This document shows positions 29,699 to 37,965 of a DNA stretch of 42,945 nt, piece after piece. The DNA is from Candidatus Desantisbacteria bacterium (GTDB lineage Bacteria > UBA9089 > CG2-30-40-21): assembly GCA_043806395.1 (NCBI GenBank), contig JAZDHC010000039.1, positions 1 to 42,945 on the forward strand, in the 5' to 3' direction. The notes beneath the pieces were generated by a model, which worked only from the letters and a program-made list of their open reading frames with translations, did no database searches and was not told where the DNA came from. Numbering within the stretch: the first letter of the stretch is position 1; each line of letters starts with the position of its first letter. The translations under genes and the position numbers were made by a program.

Positions 29699-29787
29699 CA
29701 CTTGTTTCGCAGGAATGACATTTGAGGAATCCAGAGGGAACAAAGAATTGCAATGGAATGTCATTCCTGCGAAGGCAGGAATCCAGA
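29650..29787. repeat. Cluster of GGAATGAC / GTCATTCC units
   Basis: CGCAGGAATGAT..CTGGATTCCTGCCTTCGCAGGAATGAC..CGCAGGAATGAC .. GTCATTCCTGCGAAGGCAGGAATCCAG. Overlaps the histidine kinase 3' end. Confidence 0.75.
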
Positions 29788-29852
29788 CTTGAGTTTGGGC
29801 ATGGTTCAAATCAGGGCAACAAATTGAGCAAGCAAGTATCTATGTTTCCCTA

Positions 29853-29884
29853 ATTCCCCCTTAAAAAAGGGGGTTAGGGGGTTG
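29853..29884 (+). repeat. CCCCC/GGGGG hairpin repeat
   Basis: ATTCCCCCTTAAAAAAGGGGGTTAGGGGGTTG. Near-identical copy at 42871-42900 and a coding copy at 537-566. Confidence 0.8.
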
Positions 29885-29950
29885 TTCTTCTCTGTATCAT
29901 CTGTGACCCTGTGCGGTGAACAATTTTGAATCCATGCTTGAGTTCGCCCA

Positions 29951-32900
29951 CTAAAAATCATACCCCAAACTAAAATGTGTTACCGACCCTGATGGTGAAT
30001 TTATAAAATCCGTGCCCCGGGCATAATCTATCCTTATGGGAAAAACCCATAGGTTTGACCTTATCCCCCAACCAAATGCACCCCTTATCGGGTTTTCAGC
30101 GTCAGCCTTACGGAATACTGGTGGTTGTCCTTCGCGCCATGCAGCACCAACATCAAAAAATACAAGGGAACGAATGTTTCTAATAGATACTGGTAGGGCA
30201 AATTGAATGGTATCAATCAATGGGAAACGAAACTCAAATGAACCCTTGGCAAATGCCTTTCCCATTATTTCTGTCCCTCCCCTGAATTCATCAACAAAAT
30301 ATTGTTTTACCCTTCCATTTTCATCTGTAACAATTATTCCCCCATTGCCGAGGATAAATGTGGTTTGGTCCCGTCCGGTTGAGGTTTTACCGCTAAGTTG
30401 AAATGCCATGGCAGACCTGTTGCCAGCCTTGATATACTTTCGCAGGTCTATCTCAAGATTAGTAAAATCAAGATCATTATTTGAAAGATGGATTGTATTG
30501 CTAACCCCTATCCTTGCCCTTGAACCACCAATGGGTCCGTCCCACGACCAGACAGTTGTATCATGAATAAGATCAGCTGAGACAAGATTTATATTCTCCC
30601 TTTTGGTTGATGGGGCAGGCAAAATACAGTCAGTTACAACCCTTTTGGATGTAAGCCCAAACTCTACTCGACGAAATATATCCAATGGATAGGAAATATT
30701 ACCAGAGATACCAGAATTCTTTTCCTTAAATTCCTCACCGATGAATCTATAGGAATTAGACCAATCAGATATATCTACCTCACAGGAGGCTCTTTTGCCA
30801 AGATAAAGATAGGCAAGGATGAAATTGGCGTCCCCGGCAAGAGAGGATGATGCATCACCCCTCCAGATAATTCGATGGTTACCAAGCACATCGCTCATAG
30901 CCAACTCTCCTACCCCTGCAAATCCATTAGCAGAGCTGTACAACATATCCATTCTTCTCCAGTCAAAGGTAATCCTTGTTTTGTATGGGATTATGTTCCC
31001 ATCTCGGACAGGGACGAGCCCTGTCCCGACAGTAGAGGTACTACCCATTTTCCCCTGCATTTCTGGCTGAATCCAGACGATTGCCAAGGGCTTTTCATGA
31101 AAATAAACAGCATTTCCCCCATTTTCATAGGACGAAAAACTCAGCTTATCGCCCATATATCCACCATTAAATGCCCCGCCAAAGTAATCTGTCACTTGAG
31201 CTATCTCACCTGTTTGGGAGTTGGGAGTTGGGAGTTGAGAGTTGAGAGTTGGGAGTTGAGAGTTGGGAGTTGGGAGTTGAGAGTTGGGAGTTGAGGGTTG
31301 GGAGTTGGGAGTTGGGAGTTGAGAGTTGGGAGTTGAGGGTTGGGAGTTGTGAGTTTTTTTCTCCTGTCCACTACTAACTGCCAACTGCCGACTGTCAACT
31401 GACCCCTGCCGACTGTCCTTTACCGCCCAAATGTTGTATGTCTTATTAAGCAGACACGAGCAATAAACAATATCACCTTCCGGTGACCAGAATGGATCTA
31501 TTTTTGGCAGATCAGGCAATGCAAGTCTTTTAACCTCCATAGTATCCATATTCAACACACAAAGATCCGTTGTCGTTCCCGACTCACGGATAAATGCTAC
31601 TTTATTCTGGGCAGGTGAATAGGCAGGCTGTCTATCCATTCCATGGGTAATCTTTTCCAGCTTTTTTGTGGGGATATTAAAGCTATAGATATTGCTTTCC
31701 CCATTTTTAAGTCCTGAGAGGAGGATGTTGTCGCTATCCTGAGCAAAGCACAAAGAGGAGATATTATCCAAATCTACCTTTATTTTCTTTAATAATTTAT
31801 TATCAAATACATCAAAGAGGAAAATAACATCCCTGTTCTTATATTTAGCAATAAAGGCAATCCTTGAACCATCCCTTGAATAGGCAGGTCCTGCCTCAAA
31901 ACTGAGGTCTTCAAATTTTACCCCCCGCATCCCTTCTGTAATATATTTAACCACCGTTCCATCTGATGTTTTCATTAAGGCTATGCAGGGGATGCCATCC
32001 TTAATAATAGTAACTGCCACAAGATCTCCGCCGGGTGAAAATGATGGGGCAGCAAGGATTACCTGATCTTTGAAAATCTGCTGGCTGTCATCAGCAGCAA
32101 GCCTTCTTTTGGCTACCTCAGGGTAATATGCTTTACGGAGTGATTTTATCCATCCTGTTTCTAATTGTCTAATATCAACGCCCAGTGCTTGTTTGATAGT
32201 CCCTTCCAACCCTGCACTTTTTTTGAATTTTCTCAAAAGGATGGATACCTTTTCCTCTCCATAGGTTTGGGCAATATATCGCAGTAGGGAATGGCTTTCC
32301 TGATAGGCAAGAAATACATTACCAGTCATTCCGAAATCTGTTAAATTTTCTAATGGGTCAATACGATTTTCCACAACCGCATCCACCAGCATCATATGCC
32401 CCATGGGGTCAAATACCCCTGTTTCAAATTCAGCCAACCCCTCCATAAACCACATGGGCGGGATAGCAGAGGCAGAAAGCATGGATTGTAAGCCCTCAGC
32501 ATAAAGAACATCATAGGTAAAGACATGGACAAGCTCATGGGTAATAACCTTTTTGAATCGTAAATAGCTGCCGTCAAAAGGGATAACCATACGGGACTTT
32601 ATAACCTCAGAAAACCCTCCGACTCCTGGGTCAATCAATTCTGTGATAATATTTGTCTGCCGAAAGTCATAATGGGATTTGAAGATAATAAATGGAATGG
32701 GGCTTGAGACCTGATGCCTCAAGCTCTGGCTGATTTTAGCATAAGCCTCTTCAGCCATAGATGCCGCAACCCTGGCTAAATTTTCTGTCTTCTGGTCATG
32801 ATACACCTCAAAATGTTCTGTTTTTAATATCTTCCAGTCAACTTTGTTGTATCTGACCTTATTTTTCCCAAACTCATTCTGAGCTGATACGGAGGAGGTA

Positions 32901-32953
32901 AGGAAGAGAATAATGGATAATATGGTGATAAAATGTTTCATTAAAATACTCAT
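29951..32953 (-). CDS. Outer-membrane protein: HExxH (peptidase MA-like) domain + TolB-like beta-propeller repeats + repeat-encoded linker + Omp85-type C-terminal beta-barrel
   Basis: Signal peptide MSILMKHFITILSIILFLTSSVSA, ..ITHELVHVF.. zinc motif, PD40/TolB-like repeats (..YSPAQNKVAFI.., ..WSPEGDIVY..), and a C-terminus ..HFSLGYDF typical of OM beta-barrels. Confidence 0.7.
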   Translation of the reverse strand: MSILMKHFITILSIILFLTSSVSAQNEFGKNKVRYNKVDWKILKTEHFEVYHDQKTENLARVAASMAEEAYAKISQSLRHQVSSPIPFIIFKSHYDFRQTNIITELIDPGVGGFSEVIKSRMVIPFDGSYLRFKKVITHELVHVFTYDVLYAEGLQSMLSASAIPPMWFMEGLAEFETGVFDPMGHMMLVDAVVENRIDPLENLTDFGMTGNVFLAYQESHSLLRYIAQTYGEEKVSILLRKFKKSAGLEGTIKQALGVDIRQLETGWIKSLRKAYYPEVAKRRLAADDSQQIFKDQVILAAPSFSPGGDLVAVTIIKDGIPCIALMKTSDGTVVKYITEGMRGVKFEDLSFEAGPAYSRDGSRIAFIAKYKNRDVIFLFDVFDNKLLKKIKVDLDNISSLCFAQDSDNILLSGLKNGESNIYSFNIPTKKLEKITHGMDRQPAYSPAQNKVAFIRESGTTTDLCVLNMDTMEVKRLALPDLPKIDPFWSPEGDIVYCSCLLNKTYNIWAVKDSRQGSVDSRQLAVSSGQEKKTHNSQPSTPNSQLPTPNSQPSTPNSQLPTPNSQLPTLNSQLPTPNSQTGEIAQVTDYFGGAFNGGYMGDKLSFSSYENGGNAVYFHEKPLAIVWIQPEMQGKMGSTSTVGTGLVPVRDGNIIPYKTRITFDWRRMDMLYSSANGFAGVGELAMSDVLGNHRIIWRGDASSSLAGDANFILAYLYLGKRASCEVDISDWSNSYRFIGEEFKEKNSGISGNISYPLDIFRRVEFGLTSKRVVTDCILPAPSTKRENINLVSADLIHDTTVWSWDGPIGGSRARIGVSNTIHLSNNDLDFTNLEIDLRKYIKAGNRSAMAFQLSGKTSTGRDQTTFILGNGGIIVTDENGRVKQYFVDEFRGGTEIMGKAFAKGSFEFRFPLIDTIQFALPVSIRNIRSLVFFDVGAAWREGQPPVFRKADAENPIRGAFGWGIRSNLWVFPIRIDYARGTDFINSPSGSVTHFSLGYDF
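31213..31352. repeat. In-frame heptanucleotide array (GTTGRGA, the reverse complement of TCYCAAC), ~20 units, inside the 1000-aa gene
   Basis: 19 contiguous units at 31220-31352 plus one degenerate unit, translated as ..NSQPSTPNSQLPTPNSQ... Six further 7-nt units (RACTGNC) follow at ~31377-31418. Confidence 0.9.
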
Positions 32954-33028
32954 GCGATGACACTCAATTTGGGCGACATCGGTTGTAATATTGTGTGATG
33001 TAGGGATATGTCCCCAAATTGGGTATTC

Positions 33029-33604
33029 CTACGAAAATATTGCACTTAAATCTATCTCTAAATCTGTGAAGATATCCACTCTTATCGTATCTTCCTTCTT
33101 ATATTCCTCAGGCTTACCATATTTATCGTTTTCAAGCTTAAATACAACTACCTCTTTTGTTTCCGGATCAAATATCCAATACTGTTTCACCTTATGTTTT
33201 TCATATAAGTGATATTTGGTTAGCATGTCCTTTTTTGCTGTATAGGGAGATAAGATTTCCACTACTATATCAGGAGCACCCTTACATCCTTTATCATCAA
33301 GTTTGTTTTCATCACAAACAACGACAATATCTGGCTGAACCACGGTTTCTATCTCTTCATCAGACTCATCAGCTTCAGGTAATCGAACATCAAATGGGGC
33401 AACATACACCTTACAGGATTTGTTTTTTAAGTAATTATGAAACTGAGTGGATAGCTCCACTACAATCTCTTGATGCCTTCTTAATGGAGCAGGACTCATA
33501 TCATAAGCTACCCCATCTATCAATTCCCACCGCTCCTCATTTGGCCAGTTTAAATAATCTCCATAAGTGAATTTTTCTTCTTCTTTTCTTACCGCAAGAC
33601 CCAT
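33029..33604 (-). CDS. Uma2 family (DUF820) PD-(D/E)xK endonuclease
   Basis: 191 aa, ..RHQEIVVEL.., ..VQPDIVVVC.. and ..APDIVVEILSPYTAKKD.. match the family's catalytic pattern. AGGAGG 9 nt upstream. Confidence 0.8.
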   Translation of the reverse strand: MGLAVRKEEEKFTYGDYLNWPNEERWELIDGVAYDMSPAPLRRHQEIVVELSTQFHNYLKNKSCKVYVAPFDVRLPEADESDEEIETVVQPDIVVVCDENKLDDKGCKGAPDIVVEILSPYTAKKDMLTKYHLYEKHKVKQYWIFDPETKEVVVFKLENDKYGKPEEYKKEDTIRVDIFTDLEIDLSAIFS

Positions 33605-33638
33605 AAATAATACCTCCTGATGTGCCTGATTTCATCCC

Positions 33639-34682
33639 CTACATCCCACCAAATGCCGAATCTAATTTTCTTGGATTCACCTTGAAGGTAATGGTATATG
33701 TAGCATATTCAGATCCAGCTTTTTTGGCAATAGCAACGGTTAGTGTGCCAGCTATCTGCTTGACACTACTTAGGTCAGTAGTCGGACTATTAGCAGCATC
33801 ATAATAACTCAAAGAAAAATCAGAAATGTTCGTTCCAATGATTGTTTTAGTAGTATCGTTTGCATCGTTTACTCTGCGAGTAATGGTACTGGTACCAAAT
33901 TCATAGCTGATGACATCACCTGCAATATACTCATCTGGATTTTTCTCATCCCCAGTGTCTAAAAGATCTCCATCCCCATTATTATCTCCAAGTATAGATT
34001 GCAAGCGATTATCTATGCCTGGATTAATAAGTATTGATCCAATAGCTGAAGAAGATGTTCTAATATCATTTGATCCAGTCCTTACCACAGTTGAGATTGT
34101 GCCATCTGGTCCACAGATAATACGACCATAAAGTATATCATCTGTACCGGCTACTTCCACAATCTGTCCTGGATCTGTCTCCCTGGGATACAAATTATCT
34201 CCTGGCGTAGAGCGAAATTTTCCATCCTCTCCATGAATAATAAAAATACTTCTTACCCCTGTCGTTCCTATCTGAATATCTGAGATGGACTCACCTGAAT
34301 ACCATATGGAAGATGGAGCAGAATCACAGGCACCATCTCCCCCATCCTGAATGTACGCCTCTGTAGCAAATCTAATCTTATTTGAGGCAAGCGTTGGTGT
34401 TCCGCCAGGATTAGCAGGAAGAAGGATGCACATGTCCTGAAGTTCATTAAGTATTCCCTGCCATGTTACAGATTCCGTTCCTTTTTTTACCTTCAGGTGG
34501 GGGTCACCGGAGAGCAAATCTCTTGCACTTTGTTGTGCCTGCATATGGACATCACTTGAGAGCCACAATTTTGTAGCACCAATAAAGACAGAACCCATTA
34601 CCATGATTATAATACCTACTATCCCCATGGCAATAAGTATTTCTAAAAGAGTGAATCCTTTTTGATGTCGTTGCAGATTCAT
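33639..34682 (-). CDS. Large pseudopilin-like protein with type IV prepilin leader
   Basis: Preferred ATG at 34682: MNLQRHQKG|FTLLEILIAMGIVGIII (G-1, F+1, E+5) with GAGGT upstream. The C-terminal region has Asp/Gly-rich Ca-binding-like stretches (..DNNGDGDLLDTGDE..). Confidence 0.75.
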   Translation of the reverse strand: MNLQRHQKGFTLLEILIAMGIVGIIIMVMGSVFIGATKLWLSSDVHMQAQQSARDLLSGDPHLKVKKGTESVTWQGILNELQDMCILLPANPGGTPTLASNKIRFATEAYIQDGGDGACDSAPSSIWYSGESISDIQIGTTGVRSIFIIHGEDGKFRSTPGDNLYPRETDPGQIVEVAGTDDILYGRIICGPDGTISTVVRTGSNDIRTSSSAIGSILINPGIDNRLQSILGDNNGDGDLLDTGDEKNPDEYIAGDVISYEFGTSTITRRVNDANDTTKTIIGTNISDFSLSYYDAANSPTTDLSSVKQIAGTLTVAIAKKAGSEYATYTITFKVNPRKLDSAFGGM

Positions 34683-34778
34683 ATTTACCTCATCTTTGGT
34701 GATCGGTAATAGTGGCATAATGTCATAGGATAAGTACTTCCTACCTTATTACCCTATGACCTTATGACCTTTCCCCTC

Positions 34779-35762
34779 TCACGGTCTATCGGCAATAAAA
34801 ACACTCAATTCCCGCTTAAGGGGTGTAGTGCCCCATTCCATTTTAACAGTTGCCTTCAGATAATTATAATCAAGGGTATCAGAAAATGTTCCTTCAAATG
34901 TTGGCGGGTCATTACCATGTCCGATCTCTTTTATTTTTGTTATTGTTACTGTTCGGGTTGCTCCACCATTTATTGGGGTAGTTCCATTCCAACCATAGGG
35001 TGGCATATTTATCAGTTCTGAGTCTGTCCCTACCATAAGATTATCATAGGGCATACTCCTTATCTCTTCTAATTTTTTCTGACACAGTGTTATTGCCATC
35101 GTTGTTTCCCTTGTGTGAGGCTGGACAAGAGAGGATTGCTGAAATGCCTTTAAGATACATAAGATACTTATAGCAACTATTGCTGTAGCCACCAATATCT
35201 CTACTAAAGTTATCCCCTTTGAGGCAGTATGCCTATTTGTTGCTTTCTTATTTATTTTATTTATGGAATAGAAATAAAATAGCAAAGAGCCAATAGAAAG
35301 AAAGAGAAAAAGTCCTATAATTAACCAATCTTTCCATCCGGTTTTTTTAATCTCTATTTGTTCCTTAATACTTGATATTTCCCCTTTCTCTTGATTATTT
35401 GCAACTGATGTTTTTTGTTCTGGAGTAACTATGCCTGATACTCCAGGAACAGTCTGATTCTGTGTGTCTGAAGACACTCCTGCAGAAATATTTTTGTTAT
35501 CTAATGGTATTTTTGAAGAAATTTCCCTGTTTGTTTCCCCTATCATTCCTTCTGTCGTAACATTTCGTACCTCTTTTTTCATGTGTTTTGCTTTTTCTTT
35601 GTAATATTGTTCTTTAATTATCCTTTCCTTATCCTCTTGTTCTTCTTGAATCAATTTATCTATATCTTCAGGGGTAGCATTTTCTGGAATCCATCTGGCA
35701 TCAACAGATAATCCGGTAAAAAAGAGTGATAAAAATACAGCTACAAATATAATCTGCTTCAT
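34779..35762 (-). CDS. Fusion protein: signal peptide + K/E-rich extracytoplasmic region + TM + internal prepilin leader/pseudopilin module
   Basis: The N-terminus MKQIIFVAVFLSLFFTGLSVDA is a signal peptide, with a TM at residues ~146-166. Then ..NKINKKATNRHTASKG|ITLVEILVATAIVAISIL (G183|I184, E+5). No ATG/GTG/TTG lies between the TM and the pilin motif. Confidence 0.7.
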   Translation of the reverse strand: MKQIIFVAVFLSLFFTGLSVDARWIPENATPEDIDKLIQEEQEDKERIIKEQYYKEKAKHMKKEVRNVTTEGMIGETNREISSKIPLDNKNISAGVSSDTQNQTVPGVSGIVTPEQKTSVANNQEKGEISSIKEQIEIKKTGWKDWLIIGLFLFLSIGSLLFYFYSINKINKKATNRHTASKGITLVEILVATAIVAISILCILKAFQQSSLVQPHTRETTMAITLCQKKLEEIRSMPYDNLMVGTDSELINMPPYGWNGTTPINGGATRTVTITKIKEIGHGNDPPTFEGTFSDTLDYNYLKATVKMEWGTTPLKRELSVFIADRP

Positions 35763-35767
35763 TTTTT

Positions 35768-37720
35768 CTAACGAACCTCCTTCCAGCTAATTACCTTTTG
35801 CAATTTCCCCAATGTCTCACTCCCCGCTACTATAGAAACTGAGCCTGGTGGGAAGAGATAGATTGGAAAATTTGGATTCTGCCGGTAGTTACTATGGTAT
35901 CGAGTATCCTGTTTTAGGTCTAATATTCCACCGTAGCAAATTGCCTCATCCTTGCTGATAAGGGAGCCGTGAAAATTGGGTGAATTAGCTACCCTTCCAG
36001 CAAGAAAATGCTGGGTATAGTAAACACCATCTATGGTACTAATCGTATTTGTAGCTGTTTGGCTATACTGGGTAATCGTCCCTATTCCTGTCGGATCCCA
36101 TAATGGACCAGTAGCAGTCCCTGGTTTTCTGAGTCCCTCAAAGAAGGTTGTTAATGTGCCAGATGAACGAAAAATACTTCCGGTAACAGTTACATCCGTC
36201 CATGTATAGGTACCATCGAAAGATTTATCTCCATCAAGGTCCTCTGTAGTTGGCTCAAAGACGCCATTTCCTTCTGTTGGATCTGTCCAAGTACCATTCG
36301 GTGTACCATCATTTATATGGACATTTGTATTTGGTATGCCATCTGCCCCAACATCCTCACTTCCCATGCCCTTTCTCTTAGGATTATCAAAAAGCCATTC
36401 ATCTGCTATCCAGTTACTTGATGAATAATTTCCATAAACCAACCCACCCTTTGCAGACACTGATAAAAGAGTCTTTGTGGAATTATTTCCAACCCAAGTA
36501 TCCATTATTGAGGTACCTGATTTACTGGGCAAGCCATCATCATTATTTGTTATGTTAAAGATACTATTGGCTGGATTTTTATAGTCAGTACCGGCAGATT
36601 GCTGCCATAGAGGATAGGTGCCCCAATTCGGTCCATTGACATATTGGATGTTTCCGGCAATGTATGCATTTCTACCCACATAGATTGATCCATACCGCGG
36701 ATGTTCTATATCACTCCCTGTAACACTAACAGAACCTTTTATTATCAGATTACCCTCAATGACCACACTATTCGTAATCTCAATAGGGGCATTCTTTGTG
36801 CCAATCAGGATCAGGCTTGTACTGCTCCCCTCGCCACTGCTGCCATCAAATACCCCATCACTTGTAAATGTCCGACTACCTATTCTAATCGTACCTGCGG
36901 GATGGTCATATTGATCGGTATCCGGGTTCCATCCCCGTGCAATTTCTTTATAATAGATCATATCTTGCAGGTTTGGGATATTTTCTTTTGGTAGATTTGA
37001 TCTTTTGTATGGTTCATTGTTATAGGCAGGGGGACCAGATCGTAATCCAGCCAGTCCATTTGGAGAGCGACCATTGTAATCTACTTCAAGCTGTGACTCT
37101 ACACTTCCATCAATAGTGAGAACACCAGTCCCTTGAATCTCAAAATTGCCGTTTGATTTCATACTGCCCCGACAGAATGCTACACCGTTACCATAATGCC
37201 ACCAACCCCAGTTGTTAATAAAATATGCGTAATCAAATACCCTTGGCATTTCCTCTATTGCAGTCCTGTTTACCTTAACAATGATCTCAATCTTCTTTGT
37301 AGAGATGGGGATTACTTTTCCCCCCTCTTCACGGCCGAGCATACCAGTGGCAATAATCTTTAGATTGGCGTAATATCCAGTAGCGTCTTCGCCACTAAAT
37401 ATGGTTTCAGGGTAGGAAACACGCATATATTGACCCGTACCTATCGGAATAAAGTTGGTATCCCCACCAAAATTAGTATTCCATGTAGCTGTACCTATAG
37501 CTGACAAATCTTCAGATTGGAGTTTCCAGAGAGCCCGCTCTGCTGCAGATTCAGCCACAGATAATGCTTCTATGCGACGAGTGTAGGAATTACCATGCTT
37601 CAACTCAGTTTGACTGGCAATAAAGAATAGACTTCCACCCATTACCAGAATAAGAAGAAGAAATAAGGTAAGTGCTAAAGCCATACCTTTTTGTCCTGAA
37701 AGAGGCTTTGTTGTATACAT
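35768..37720 (-). CDS. PilX-N-like large minor-pilin/pseudopilin-associated protein
   Basis: Preferred ATG at 37720: MYTTKPLSGQKGMALALTLFLLLILVMGG.. (PilX N-terminal type). A GGGGTGG SD lies upstream, and the predicted promoter lies downstream of the track TTG at 37753. Confidence 0.65.
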   Translation of the reverse strand: MYTTKPLSGQKGMALALTLFLLLILVMGGSLFFIASQTELKHGNSYTRRIEALSVAESAAERALWKLQSEDLSAIGTATWNTNFGGDTNFIPIGTGQYMRVSYPETIFSGEDATGYYANLKIIATGMLGREEGGKVIPISTKKIEIIVKVNRTAIEEMPRVFDYAYFINNWGWWHYGNGVAFCRGSMKSNGNFEIQGTGVLTIDGSVESQLEVDYNGRSPNGLAGLRSGPPAYNNEPYKRSNLPKENIPNLQDMIYYKEIARGWNPDTDQYDHPAGTIRIGSRTFTSDGVFDGSSGEGSSTSLILIGTKNAPIEITNSVVIEGNLIIKGSVSVTGSDIEHPRYGSIYVGRNAYIAGNIQYVNGPNWGTYPLWQQSAGTDYKNPANSIFNITNNDDGLPSKSGTSIMDTWVGNNSTKTLLSVSAKGGLVYGNYSSSNWIADEWLFDNPKRKGMGSEDVGADGIPNTNVHINDGTPNGTWTDPTEGNGVFEPTTEDLDGDKSFDGTYTWTDVTVTGSIFRSSGTLTTFFEGLRKPGTATGPLWDPTGIGTITQYSQTATNTISTIDGVYYTQHFLAGRVANSPNFHGSLISKDEAICYGGILDLKQDTRYHSNYRQNPNFPIYLFPPGSVSIVAGSETLGKLQKVISWKEVR

Positions 37721-37741
37721 TTTGACCACCCCCATAATCAA

Positions 37742-37770
37742 ATAATAACACAAATTCTCTCGTATGTCAA
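37742..37770 (-). promoter_or_regulatory. Sigma-70-type promoter for the pseudopilin gene set
   Basis: Minus strand reads TTGACA - 17 nt - TATTAT. The start codon at 37720 lies ~15 nt after the predicted start site. Confidence 0.5.
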
Positions 37771-37778
37771 GAATTATC

Positions 37779-37807
37779 TTGACAAAAGGCAGGATTTGGG
37801 GTAAAAT
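37779..37807 (+). promoter_or_regulatory. Sigma-70-type promoter for hslU
   Basis: TTGACA - 17 nt - TAAAAT. Its -35 and the divergent -35 form the palindrome TGTCAAGA-ATTA-TCTTGACA (37765-37784). Confidence 0.55.
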
Positions 37808-37832
37808 TGTTGGGAAAGGTAGGCGAACAAGG

Positions 37833-37939
37833 AAGGCTGTAGGCTGTAGGTTAGGAAAGGGAAGGATATGGGATAAATAATCTGTCTTCTGCCTTTCTCC
37901 TTCCTACCTACAGCCTATAGCCTAATAGCCTACAGCCTT
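37833..37939. repeat. Long hairpin (GCTGTAG / CCTACAG units, GGAAGGGAAGGATATGGGATAA loop family) in the hslU leader
   Basis: AAGGCTGTAGGCTGTAGGTTAGGAAAGGGAAGGATATGGGATAAATAATCTGTCTTCTGCCTTTCTCCTTCCTACCTACAGCCTATAGCCTAATAGCCTACAGCCTT. Confidence 0.8.
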
Positions 37940-37965
37940 AATTAAAACCCCGAGGTGAAAGATAA

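Noticed and set aside
29261-29809. 182-aa and 83-aa minus-strand ORFs at the histidine kinase 3' end
   Set aside because: They are antisense to the well-supported HATPase domain, and their N-termini are encoded by the GGAATGAC repeat cluster.
32995-33655. 11-12 nt inverted repeat (GATGTAGGGAT / GATGTAGGGGAT) flanking the Uma2 gene as possible transposon ends
   Set aside because: Both are fragments of the ubiquitous GTAGGG-type REP family, one overlaps the pseudopilin stop codon, and there is no target duplication. That is insufficient to call a mobile cassette.
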